Made by a program: the position numbers and the translations under genes. A model generated the notes under the pieces. It saw only the letters and a list, made by a program, of their open reading frames with translations. It was not told the DNA's origin and did not search any database. DNA of 52,828 nt, filler included, from Sphacelaria rigidula (Eukaryota): NCBI GenBank assembly GCA_964200075.2. It is 2 parts of 2 records of this genome, joined end to end, with 100 filler letters (N's around TTAATTAATTAA, not from the genome) between each part and the next. Parts side by side here need not be neighbours in the genome. Positions count along the whole stretch, not along the records: positions 1 to 26,391 come from CAXNAA020000139.1; positions 26,492 to 52,828 come from CAXNAA020000140.1. One strand, 5' to 3'. This document shows positions 24,000 through 37,300 of this stretch, one piece after another; positions within the stretch are counted from its first letter, which is position 1, and every line of letters begins with the position of its first letter.

Positions 24000-26350
24000 A
24001 CATTCGTATTTTTCATTTCTTCACCTGGATGTAGGCAGCATGTCATGAATTGTATTTTGTATGATAATCGAGACGGGGAGGTGGAGTGGCGACCAGTTGA
24101 ACGCCCATGAAAGAATCCGAAAAATCATCGGCTGTTGATTACTCGGTCGACGGCTGTAGTTATTCATGACCAATTCAAGTCACGCCGCCACACTTCCTGT
24201 TGACACAACAGTGCCCAGTAATGGTTTTGACTCTTCGCCGTTACAGATGATGTGCTAGATGAGCATGATGATTTCAATTGGGATGTGTATCGAATTCAGG
24301 CGTCCCAGCCTGGCGGGAAAATTATTGTTGTATCCGCGTTTCAGTTCGATCTTTCAAACCCGTGGTGAGGAAGGACGATGATATTTGGTCACCCCGCCAC
24401 GGATAAAGCACGTGCCGACTACACGAGATTCAATTTAAGCTACCCTCTTGTGTGGTCGTGGATGATGACCGAGACTAAATTTGATGCGGTGTGTGGGTTG
24501 GAAGCTGGAGCGGGCGGAATCTGATCTTCTCCGAGCTCGGTAGCTTCCAAAACTGTTACACTGCGACGAGGCAGCCAGTCCGTCGGCAGTAGCACAGCCC
24601 ATCCTAAAAATCAAGTAAGTCTTTTACCTTCAAGTGATCTTGACCCGAGGAATTGGTCCCTTCCCTACTGGCTGCGGTTTTGACCCAAGATTTATCGATC
24701 AGCACAATTCTTCTGCGATGATATTCACCCCATCGTCCTATACATAGGACGAGGAAAAATGACACCACCGGACTTTATGCAAAGGCCATTACTGTGGCAC
24801 TTTCGGGCGAGGAGGAACCTCGACAGATCATCGATCTTGGAAGTTTCCAAAATTCAAAATATATCAATTCCCATGCAATTCCTGTGGACCCCCCACGCTT
24901 TGAACTATTGTAACCGCCATTAAATGGGAGCGATTGACAATATCAGTTTGAGTTACACCTGAAGTCCCGGTACTCCGGTGATAATATGGTTTTTTGGAGT
25001 CGTCGGATGTGCACTGGTGATACGCATCGAAGACCCTGAAAGCATCCTGACCATATCCAATGTAAATCTGCCGTTAAAAAGCGTCGGCCGCCCTCCTCGA
25101 ACTTGACAGGTTCGGGAGGTACTGTGGTCTACATCTTGAAGAATGCTTTGGAGTTTATCTGCCTCTGACCGGCTTCCGGGGGTTCTGGCGTAAAGACCAC
25201 CCGGAAGCTGCTGATAAGGAAAGCCTCAAGAAGGAAAAGAATGAGTGCGTTCTGGGACACCGCAAAGTGTAATATTTCAATTTTTGAAAAAAGGTTTGTC
25301 GCGTTAAACAATGTTTTCGAGAGATAAAAGAGTAAAGCATTGGTTGAGGGTGGGTTTTGCCATTCGCTTTAATTTGACCAATTTCTGTTTGTCTGCGTGT
25401 GCTTATATTTGCTTGTTATACCGGCGTGTGCTCACAGCTTCACGTCGATATCCGACTCTGGGATGCCACGCGGGTTTCAGTGGCAAGCTACGCGTATCGG
25501 GCCTCGTGGAAGGTCATTTCGGAACTGAAATGGTTCAGTCATCAATTGGCCGCTTTTCACTCTCAATCGTACCCTCTTCTCTCAATCTCACGAAAACATA
25601 TTGTTGTATGCTGGCGTTTTATGGAAACAAGATTTATTTCGTGATAGTAATGGTGAAGTGACGGTTGCCCAACTTCATTATCAGGAGAAATCACGTGCCG
25701 TTCTAATCGAGCTTGTCTTCTAACACATCAGTTTTCGATCGAAAATTTGCGGTGGAAAACAAATCCCGATCTGATGGGTCGAAAATTTCAACCATCGTCC
25801 TTACTTCTTCTGCCATTTTCAGAAGATAGTGAAATAGTGATAATATGCGAAGTACTTGCTACAGCAGTGGAAAACGACTATGTCGTGGGTACACAAAAAT
25901 TTGACCTCACGGTCGACGAGGGAAAAGGATCGCTGAACCCCTCTCGCGATGAAAATAAAGGCGATAACCACCGCAAAAGGAACGTGGAGTACTAAAACGA
26001 CAATGTCTTGGGTACGTCCATCATGAGACCACGGCTGGACCCTGGGGGATCAGTTAAAGTGCGACAATCAATTAATCAATCAAAAACATGAAAACTCCTG
26101 TGTTGGCCTTCCTCTTATGTTGATGCGCCCACATATACCGAAAGGTGTACACTGGCGTGCAATAGATGGGATGATAACACAACACTCATCATGGCTCACG
26201 CTCCTTGACGTCGAAGCTCGAGTGTCTCCTCCAAACAGCCGACCATCTATGTTGAGGATGGAGATTTTTATTGAGGATGAGAACCCGGAGGATTCAAATC
26301 TTCGTATCAACACTAAATCTTCGAAAATTGGTTCCATTCCTTTACCTACT
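24000..26350 (+). mobile_element. Decayed Ty3/Gypsy pol relic (integrase zinc-finger remnant)
   Basis: ~24780-24900 translates CKGHYCGTFGRGGTSTDHRSWKFPKFKIYQFPCNSC, like the H-x-GHxG..T....W.P......C..C integrase zinc finger. The segment 25865-26000 has an inverted homologue at 29165-29305. Boundaries approximate. Confidence 0.45.
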
Positions 26351-26391
26351 GGTAGCTAATTATAACAGCTACATGTCCTGAAAATTTGGAT

Positions 26392-26491
26392 NNNNNNNNN
26401 NNNNNNNNNNNNNNNNNNNNNNNNNNNNNNNNNNNTTAATTAATTAANNNNNNNNNNNNNNNNNNNNNNNNNNNNNNNNNNNNNNNNNNNN
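26392..26491. other. Scaffolding gap with artificial TTAATTAATTAA six-frame-stop linker
   Basis: N run, then ttaattaattaa at 26436-26447, then N run. Confidence 0.95.
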
Positions 26492-28307
26492 TCCATACTG
26501 CCTGACACCGTTTGGAACCAAATACAATCGCAACGCAAGTGTGGAAGGATGCCTGATAAACTTATGAGCCTCATTTTTCGTGCAAGCGAATACCCCCCCC
26601 CTATCGTAGGATGACTCTGTGTTCTTGAAGGAATACAGGAAGGGCGCGAGCGAGGACCTTCTCGTCGGTCATGGGTACTTCGGTGCTGTCGTCGGTGACA
26701 CGCATGCGCGCAGCCACGCCAGCTTTCAGATTTACTTGACACTCGAAGACAAGCGAAAGCGTTTTCCCTGACTGAAGTGTTTCGGCTGAATCGTCCAAAC
26801 TCCAAGTACAGGTTGAACCCCATTTTTGTGATGAACCCCATTTTTCGGGATCCGCTGGCAATTCATGGTTGCATTTCTTCGCCTACTGGGGCTATAAATC
26901 GACAAGTAGCTTACTACAAGTACATACACCGTTTTGATACTCTAAACTCCAAATATATTTTTCTCACCAAAGGCCCCAAAAATTCGGCTATCGGAATCCA
27001 AACTCGTATGGCACGCAGCAGTTGTAAATTAGTACACTTGCACCGTATTGGACGGCGAGCGTACGTCTGTGACGACGGGCTCGAGATGTCGGATCAATGT
27101 GCGACAATAAATATAACAAAACAGCTTCCATTGAGCAATCGCTGGGTCCATGGGTACGGGCCGAATTTCGTAACGAATGCACGAATTTCGAGGAACTTAA
27201 TTTAAATTATTACCAGTCCGCCTACGTTTCATGACGCATTTCGTAACGCAAACTTGATTTTAGTATGAACACCGTCACACTTGTGTTCACCGGTCTTCTG
27301 CCACCCGCTGCCGCATTACAGGACCGTGCTGCGGAGAGATGGTATCCAGGACAATAAAGGCCTCACAAGGAGTGTTTTTGCCTTTCTGAATAAGAGTTGG
27401 TGTACCAAACGCTCGCTATGAGCATCGTTGTGCCGGCGGTATGGTTGCGGTTGCCGGGGTTGGCGTCGCAGTCCCCATTTGCGCTCAACTTGCTCCTCCT
27501 CGCCCTGTACCCTCCACGGCTTTTGGATACGGGTCGGGCATGAGAGAAGACGGTGCTATCGTCGTCATTGTGCGCTGTTTCATGCTCTCGGACGGAACAA
27601 CCCCGAGAAAGGGACTATATCAGCATCAACGCTGCTGGCTCCCTATTGTTGGCCGTCGCGCTTTTGTTCTTGATGGCTCGTGTTGATCGGTGCCGCACAG
27701 ACAGTACTCACGCGATGCCCACGGCCTCGTCAGGGTTGGCGGATCTTGCGGTAAAGATACAGTTGGTGCCGCGCCAGAAACTATTTGTTATGAGGTGCAA
27801 TGGAGAAGACGACCGAGCACTATACACACCGGACGTAGGACAGCTAACGTAAACATGTATCTCTCTTGCGTGTGCGACCCCGTGTGCTAGAGCACCGCCC
27901 CCTTTCCAAGGTGTACCGTAAGCTTGCTCCATGGTGACATGGTGCTTGTGAAAATATCATCGATATACTGTACTGTTCTAGGCTGTAGCCAGCTGGCGGA
28001 GGGAAACGAAGCCCAGACCGGGCCTCGACATAACCCCCCCCCCCCAACAATTCAACCTTGTTGACCTCGCTGCGGTACACGGGGCTTGAGTAGCGCATGT
28101 GTATACACCAACACAGAAATCCCGGGTTAAATCCCTCCGAGAATCATGGATAACAACGAAAAAATAATCGATTTGAATTTAATTATTTCATATCGACCCG
28201 TACCCATGAACTCGGTCCCCGCCTGCCACTGGACATCTTGGTAACGTAAGAAAAACTGCGCCATTCGGGAAAGTGGGGGAAAATAGCGAGGGCCAACCCA
28301 CACCACA

Positions 28308-31300
28308 ATGAGGGTACTCCAACATCTGGTGTGCTGCGGTGCCGCGTTTCTCGCCCTCAGTGCTTTTAGGAAGGTTGCTTCCGCACAAGAAGGGGGACTA
28401 GGCACCAATGACAGTGCGGATGGGCAGGAAGGCGACGGCGAACGAGTAACCGGGGACTCTGATGGACATAACAGGCATCAACCTGAGGAGGTCTACTTTG
28501 TTATGGATGAATCGATCAAGGGGGAGCCGTTCACAACCTACGGCGTTGACCAGCACCACCTTGGGCGTACAACGCGGCCGCTTGAGGGTGCGTGAGAGAG
28601 TACATACATGTAGTAGGTGGCGGTGGTATGTCTCCCGCTTCTTGTGTGTAACCGAGTGCTACAAAATCGAAAAGCCACTAGGTAGTGTAAGCACTTGCTT
28701 TTTGTTTGCCGTTGCGCTCTCAAACGGAAGGCTGTAGTGTATCTAGCCTGGAACTCGGATATGTTCCGAGTAATGCACGTTTATTTCAGCGAGGCATGAT
28801 GATGTATATGCAACCGCGCGTCGTTTTTCCGAGTAATCTTGAGAGGCGAAGGTGGTGGGTGTTGAGTGTGATGGAGAGCGAGTAAGATCGAACTGGCGAT
28901 CCTGAAACGGGAAAATAGTTTGTCCTATGGAAACGAACAGAGGTCTAAATTATGTGTGATGAAGAACCTAATATCCGCCAACGGTTGTCTTCGAGGCAAG
29001 TTTCACGGGCACTGGGTAAAATACTATACTTCGAAGTATACAGTTTAGACCTCAGTTGTTTATCATGTGTGTGTGTTGTCGTCCCCTCTAGTCTGGACGC
29101 CAGTCTACACCTTTCGGTATATGTGGGCGCATCAGCCGGAGTCACCACAGGAGTTTTGTCTCAAGTCTTTGGTTTAGTACTCCATCTGTCTTCTGCGGTG
29201 CTTGCCTGATTTTTTGTCGCGAGGTTCAGTAAGTAATCCTTTTCCCTCGCCGACCGTAAACTCGACTTTTGCATACCCACGACATGGTCGCTCTCCATTT
29301 CTAGGCAGTGGGTGAGGAGTAATCCCGGATCGTGTGACCGTACCGAGATTCGAGCACACGACCAAACCATCAGGAGGTTTCGAGGAAACCAACTGAGCCA
29401 CCGTGGGGCGCGATCGGCTCATACGGTGTAGAAATTTTCGAAATCATTATTCAGGATCGCCTCTTTTTATCGAGTGTATCTTGAATCGGGCCACAGATTA
29501 CTGTGCGTTTTTCGAGTAGTGTGGATCTTCATGATGCCCGACATCGCAAACTCGTCTCCCTCCCCATCCATCCCCCCCCAGTAACCATGTGAACAACTGT
29601 TCCAACCTGGCTTGGCTGTCCCGAAGGCAACAGGGGCCATCGTCTCTCCCCGATCAAGCATGATCTCAAGTCATACACTGTTTTTGCAGCAGTGCAGGGA
29701 GTTCCATGAAGAACTTCATGTGAGTACAGTACGGGTATTGACTTGCAATGCTAACGTGTCGTTCGTTCTAGGTCATATCATTGCTACGGGCGACCGTGCA
29801 TCGTGCAATCCTGTGACCAACTACGGGGTTTGCCTTGGAACGGACGAGAAGCCGGGGATGGTTATGGAGGCCACGGGGTTTATGTTACGGCACGCCACCC
29901 ATCCCAAGTACAGTGTAATACTGCTGCAAATCGTTCGCGGAGGTGGGTGAATCATAATACGGTAAAATCTTCGAGTGACACTTGATCGCACACGCCGAAA
30001 GTAAAAATCCTACTGCACTGTAAGTAGTGCGTACTGTACTGTACTGTACTCTACTCTACTCTACTCTACTGTACTCTACTGTACTCTACTGTACTGTACT
30101 GTACTGTACTGTACTGTACTGTGCTGTGCGGTGCTGTACTGACTGCAAAACGGTATTATAATACAGAACTGTACTGTGTGTATCTGGTATGTGCACGAGT
30201 ATCGTCTTGAACCAGTTTCTACGGCCGTATCACGAGCCTGTCTCCAAAAACTCACGGTCGGAAGATGCTAAATACTTGTTCTACAACTACTGTTGTGACT
30301 CTTGTCTGCATACCCGACTTTATGACGGTTTATATGACTGACCGTGACAGGCTCACATCTTGAGAGGACTGACAATCGCACGTGCTACCTGAAAGTGCTT
30401 CCAGCATGTGCAGCACGAGTCTGTGCTTCAATCGACGTTTGTTAAACTCTGCCAGCGCACGCGTTGCCCACACCCTGTTCACACTCTATGCCTGCCCTAG
30501 GGATCTCCCTTGCCTTGAATTAGGATTCGGCCGAGTTGATTGGGGTTACGGTTTGGAAATGATGATGGCGGTCGAAAAATCCAAGATATGCCAACAAGAT
30601 AAGAATTTGGTGACGAACTCTCGTGAGCCCCGCTCGTTGTTGTAGTTCTTACTGTCTATGCCCTATTACTCGCACGACAATACCGTCTGTTGCGCCACAG
30701 TACTGCACTGTATATGCGGTGCAGTGAAACTTGCTGCACTTCGCTGTTTCGTACTGTTCGTAGTAAGTTGCTGTACCGTTAACCATTTGATCCCCAGAGA
30801 GGGCGACCGGGCTATCAACTCAAATACATTTTTCGGTTGATATGATGCCGATCCAGCTGGCCGCAACACCGGCGATGACGGGTTTCAATGAACCGCAAAC
30901 CTTGAGTGTAGATACTTAAACCGCCCACGAATCTTGCGCAATCCTCGAAACAACAGTCGTCTTGGGACGCAAGCTGGTTCCATTGTTTTCTGCTCGACCA
31001 GGTCTGACCTCTGATCATGCACGCATCATGTGCATTCGCGCGAAACGGTCATGATTTCGTTCTCTTGCTCCTGTACGTAGACGACCCAAGCACACGCGCC
31101 GTCATCGATGCCTTTGACCACGCCGCGGGAGAGATGGCAGACAGTGGAATTGGCTTCGCGAGGGTAAGGAGGGTGCTCACGATTCAGGTGTCGATTGATT
31201 GTACGTTAAAGATTTAGAGTTGGAGGAGAGATGCACCGTGACTGGAGCGCCGAAGCAACCCCAAAAGATGCAGTGCGGACTGTTGTACCGTACGGCACAC

Positions 31301-34300
31301 GGTAGATCCACATATATCCTTGTGTTCAGGGATGTTCCACGCCGGGAAGACTTTTTTCTTGTACTGTAGTCTTTGAGAAATGGAAAATGTTTCAAGGGTA
31401 GGTCGAGTAAAGTATACTCAATTGCGGGGTATTTTGAAAGACGTTCTTGGGGTACTCAAATTAGGGTAGAGTGGTGGGAGTCGTACCCAAAATAAAACTG
31501 GAAAGCGATCCCTGAAACCCTACCCCCAATTTGTGTACTCCAAGTACGACTTTCAAAATACCCCGCAATTGAGTAAACTCTACTCGACCTGCCCTTGAAA
31601 TGTTTCAAGCTGACTTTGCCCAACCGAGGGGAAAAAACAATTCGACCAGGTGTCCATGGTTTCCCTCGGAAGGAGCGGCACACTTGTGCATGGATGAGAG
31701 GGATAGGGAGGGACTATTGAATTATTTTGTACTCAAGTAACTTGGCAAACCATTTTTCTGTCAAGGGGTAAGGCAACCATGTATTGTGTACAGAATGGCA
31801 CAGGGGTTCAGAATCGATGTTTGTTATTTGACATTTGGTCCTTCCTCGGTCGCCTCACATCGGTTCAACAGCCAGTATAGCCTTGCCCGTCCTTTACAGA
31901 AACGCAACATGTGAAAAACATGACAGGCGGACACGTCGATCGCCGACAACTGGCGATGGGCGACCGATATACCAGGCTTCGACCTCAGGAGTCATGCTAT
32001 GATGCTGAAGGTTTCGGGCTTCGGAACTTCTCTACAGCACTACGGAGCTGTGAAGTTCGAGTCACCTTCTTCCGCGGAAGCCAGCGCTGTGAGGGTGGAG
32101 ATGCACCGCTGCATCAAAACCGCCATGAAGCACTCGGTGTTGATCCCGGTGAGTCGCAGATGACGGCTACTCCCTCCTGTTGTCTTTCTTTGGACGGGCA
32201 TATGATGCTTGTATGCATCCACTCCACGATTTTGCAGGTGTTCGTGCAGAAACAACTCACAGAACTGACTGTGGCTTGACTGCAAATAGTGGGCATCATC
32301 CTGTCGTGAAGGGGTCGTACAGGCTGTGGACGTTGGGGACATGATTATCAACGAACAGTTGAGAAGAGACTCAACACGTTCCCACAGACGGTACAGACGG
32401 TACTGTCAAGGAAAGTGGGAGTCATTTCGCGATGGTGATAGTGAAGTGACGGTACGAGTCATCTCGTGAGAGTGATGGTGAAGTGACGGTACACAACTTC
32501 TTGATGATCACGAGGAGTCACGCGCCGTTAAATTCTAGGGGGAAGAGGAGTGACACGCACTGATGATGTAGGGCCGGTAACAACACGCAGACAGACCAGC
32601 TCAAGCAGGGCTGCAATCACGCGCAAGGGTTTATGGGCCTTGTCGCAGGTCGAAGCGCGGATCGCATCCCGCATGAGAAGGAGGAGAAGCAAAAGCATGC
32701 AGCAGCATTTTTACTACCAGCAGAGGTGTACGGTTGGGGGTGGGGCCGGATAAGCCGGTGCCGATAGTGCTACTGCCGCCGCTGCCCTCCCTCGGTAGAG
32801 AGACTGTCCGCGTTTCGACCGTGCCACAACGCCCACGCACCCTGGGCGTGATTGCATGCTGGGAAACGCTGGTCCGTACTACCCGCCGATGGGCGCACGC
32901 TTGCTCACTCAGCGAAGTTCTGAGATATGAAGTTGTGTGCAACTCTCTGTTGGGAGCTTTGCGTGTTGTGTGTATTTCTGACGCATGCGTTGATGGGATT
33001 AGAGCCAGCGTAAGAACTACACTGCTGGTACTCGTGAGGGCGTGTCGTTCGATCGAAAAGAGGCGGTGAAATTCGTGAAACGGTACCACTGTTGTAGGTC
33101 CCTTGTGCACGGTAGAGACAGGCTGAACTCGTACTGTCTGCACTGCTGTCGTGCACAGAAGTCCCGAAGCCCGACACTTTCAGCATCATACGGTGGCTGT
33201 TGAGGTCGAAGCCCTGTGTGTCAATCGCCCATTGTCGGTTGTCCGCGATCGACTTGTCCGCCTGTTCTCGGTCCACTAAACACGCTCTTACCCTGAGTGC
33301 TTCATCGCTATCTTGATGCAGCGGTGCGTCTCGACCCTCACACCACTGGCTTCCAGGGGAAGAGGTGGCTTGGAATCCACAGCATCGTAGTGCTGTACAG
33401 AAGTTCCAAAGCCCGACACTTTCAGCATCATACCGTGGCTGCTGAGGTCGAAGCCTGGTGCGTCGGTCGCCCATTGCCAGTTTTCAGCGATAGAGGTATC
33501 CGCCAGTCACGTACACTGTTAACATAACACTGTACGTGACTGGCGGATACCTCCATCGCTGAAAACTGGCAGTGGGCGATGGACACACCAGGCTTCGACC
33601 TCAGCAGCCACGGTATGATGCTGAAAGTGTTGGGCCTTGTGACTTCTGTACAACATTACAGTGCTGTGGATTCCAAGCCACCTATTCCCTGGAAGCCAGT
33701 GGTGTAAGGGTCGAGATGCACCGCTGCATCAAGATAGCGATGAAGCACTCAGTGTAAGGGTTGCATATCGGACCGAGAATGAAGTTCTGCACGAAATTCT
33801 TAGAATATCGACCCACAACCGCCGATACCGATATTTTCAAGGTTGTGTTCTGTGAGGTACGGGTACGTTCTGTAAGGCATGGGATTCCTTATTGAGCTTA
33901 CAGAACTTTCGGGTACTGGTATAAAAGTCTTGCAGAAAATACAGAACTTGTCGGGTACGGTACGGGATGCTTACAGAAAACCGGTACCGGCAATCGGGTA
34001 ACTATTTTAGGGAATACCCGCCCCTCCGGTTATAGGGCAAATGTTTAGTACAAAACTCACAGAACTATCGGGGAAGGGTACGGGGGGCCTACAGAATTCA
34101 CAGAAACTGTCGGGTAGGGTATGGAGATTGCACAGAAAACCGTACCCGCGACCGGGTATCTTATTAAGGGCATACCCATGCCCCCCGGTAACGGTAGGGA
34201 GGCTCACAAAACTCGCAGAACTGTCGGGTACCGGTTTGGAAATCATACAGAGTTTACAACACCGTCGGGTACGGTAAATACTCGGCAAAATACCCTCGGG

Positions 34301-37300
34301 TATACAGAAAACCGTACCCTACAAAACACGACCTTGGTATTATCACCCCTGTGGTGAGACCTACGTCGCTGCAACAGGGGGGAAATGTAGATGACAGTTC
34401 ACGAAAACTCTGAACGGCTTCCACAGGGTAGGTAGAGAAAGACTACACGAAGAATCGCAGTAGTACATGGATTGTCAACGTCTACAAGCTGGTTCACGGT
34501 GATCACCCAAAATTGTGTCGTCAGCGAGCGCCTTCCGCAATACGCACCCAATAGTCGCATATATGGTATCATACTGACCGCAATGAAGAGACGAAGAGGG
34601 TGACATAGCCGGGTTTTTGTTACCTCATCAAGAGCGTACCCGTGCCCCCCGGTAACGGTACGGGAGTCTTACAGAGATTACAGAACTGTCGGGTACCGGT
34701 AGGGAAGTCCTACAGAAGTCACAGAGCTGTCGGGTACGGTAACTACCCGGCAAAACACCCCGGGTATACAGGAAACCGTACCCCCGACAGAACACAACCT
34801 TGGATATTTTCGTCAATATTCCGGAAATGACATGATACGTATTGAGTATCGATATTCGACGTACGATACGGCTGTTTTGGTGTGGCTGCAATGTACAAGA
34901 TCGAGCAGTACACCATCCCACTGACACCCTCACTCACTATTATAGGTCGCATAAGATACCAGGGCTGAACTAAGCGGCGTTGTAATCATCTCGTCGTGAG
35001 AAAGTAATCGAACTTTGAAAGTCGCTCCTGAGGGTGTGGTATTTTAACCCTTCAAGAACCCTCCCCTCCCGTCCCCGGTCCAGACGCCTCAATATTCCAA
35101 GCGCTGACAGAGGAAAAAATATGGGAAAAGAAAATACCGGCAATAACCAGTTTCACGGCGGAAGGCCACCGAAGAATCCACCGTCATACGTCATGCTCGC
35201 ACCGAAAGTGTCGCCCCGGTGCGGTCGGATTAGTTTTATCGAATGAGGGGACGCAACTGGTCAAGTATGCTCAACCCCTTTGCGGCGAGGGTAGTCCACC
35301 TGGACCATGCATACTTTGTTCAAGTGAAATTGATGCCGATACATATTACCTGCTCTCGCTCTCTAAGGGTTAACTTTGTGCACACAGCACGAATCAGCAC
35401 CGCGGCCTCTGAATTTCATACAACAAAATTTAGCAGCACCCAAGGGTGCCTGAAGAAAAAGCTCCGAGACCCCGTGTACCCCCCCCCCTCCGGCGATCGT
35501 AGGATTTTTTTTTTCACGTTATGAAACACTCAATAAATAGCCATTTTGGAGCGACTTGGGTGAGGTAGCGGCCATGATTGTTGGCCCTATCTGCTACCAC
35601 AAGATGCGACGCACATTGGACACAAATTGACGATGCAGATAAATGCGTTTAGCTAGATTGAGCAAACATTACAGAGCCTAAAAGGGTGCAAGAAAGGATA
35701 GGATTTTGGCCATCCCGCCCACCCAGCAGACAGCGGAGCAGAGAGGGTGTGTTTTTTGTCTGGTCTTGTTCTTGTCGTGGAAGTGTGATATGCAGTGTAC
35801 TGCCGAAACCCATAACCATAACGTGGCCTCACTTGGCTCCGAAAGTATGCGAAGAGTTGAAGCTTCATTAACACGAATTTTTAGTTTCAGTTTTACCCTT
35901 TTTTTCATGTATGGGATTTAGTGATCCCTTCCCCCCCCCCCTGAAAAACTCCAGGATTCAAAAAAGGGGCATAGGGTCTCGGATTTTGTTTTTGGGCACC
36001 CTTGCACCACCTGTATGTTTTCTCGATGATGAGTCCCGTGTGGCACTGCGACACACATTTACAGGATTGTGTTCTGTAGGGTACGGGTTTCTGTATACCC
36101 GGGGTATTTTGCCGGGTATTTACCGTACCCGACAGTTCTGTGACTTCTGTAAGACTTTCATACGGGTACCCGACAGTTCTGTAATCTCTGTAGGGCTTTG
36201 ATGCCCTTACCAAATAGTTCTATAATCTCTGTGAGACTCCTGAACCGTTACCGGGGGGCACGGGTACGCTCTTGATAAGATACCTCATTGCGGGTACGGT
36301 TTTCTGTGCAACCTCCGTACCCGGAGCGCGGGTATGCTCTTGAAGGATACCCGATTGCCGGTACCGGTTTTTTGAGACTGCCATACCGTACCCGACAAGT
36401 TCTGTAATTTCTGTAAGACTTTCATCCAACACCGGTACCCGACAGCTCTGTGAGCTCTGTAAGCCTGTCATACCTCTACCCGGGGTTAGGGTATACCGTT
36501 ACAGATATACCCGATTGCAGGTACGAGCACAGGTATATACCTTGGGGAGGCACGGATGTAGGTTCAATCCAAACACAACCTCATGACCTGAACATGTACT
36601 TCCCATCGATCAACCCACCCAACCCCTTCATTCAAAACTGCACACCATCCATAATTTAATGTTGAAAAGTTCTGTAGTTTGTGCCTTGGCGAGATACGAG
36701 GTACCGCTGAGTGGAAACGCGAAACATGAGCAGCGTTGCAGACCAATAGAATGAATCACCCCCAGAATCGAGTGGTGGCTCGAGCGGGGGTGGTTCATCT
36801 GCGCCACCAGGGGGTCAAGTCGCAAGACGCATGTCATCGACGTTGATGGTGGTTGTGTCGTGGTCATCAAACCCCACGCCATTGTCGACATGTACAGCAC
36901 AGAGTATGAGCTGCCACCGAAAGTCGTCAAGGCCGTCGGCGATTTTGTCGCATTCCGAAGGGCTTCCAGAGAACGGGCAGCCGTGAATGCTCCTTCGTGT
37001 ACTCTCTGGGAGTGTACGTGACGCCGATAGATGTTGACGATCCCATGCACATGTATTAGTGCGATTGTTCGTGTAGTATTTCTATATCAACCCCGTGAAG
37101 CCGTTCAGAGTTTTCGTGAACTGTCATCTTCTGTATTTCGCCACTGTTGTAGTGGCGTGGGTCCCATCACAGGGGTGACAATAATACCAAGGTCGTGTTT
37201 TGTAGGGTACGGTTTTCTGTATACCAGGGGTATTTTGTCGGGTATTTACCGTACCCGATAGTTTTGTAAACTCTGTGAGACCCTCATACCCGTATCCGAT

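Noticed and set aside
26436-26447. Palindromic TTAATTAATTAA between N runs
   Set aside because: Standard artificial contig linker with stops in all six frames; not biological.
27400-27950. GC-rich overlapping short ORFs upstream of gene 3
   Set aside because: No recognisable motif or consistent splice chain; left unassigned.
29697-29719. Possible micro-exon with a gtgagt donor upstream of gene 3 exon 2
   Set aside because: Including it shifts exon 2 out of the frame that yields the Trx-like sequence and breaks phase with exon 3.
32238-32390. Exon-like segment VFVQKQLTELTVA...
   Set aside because: Two stops in the required frame. The 32649 acceptor gives a clean FAR-VEA continuation instead.
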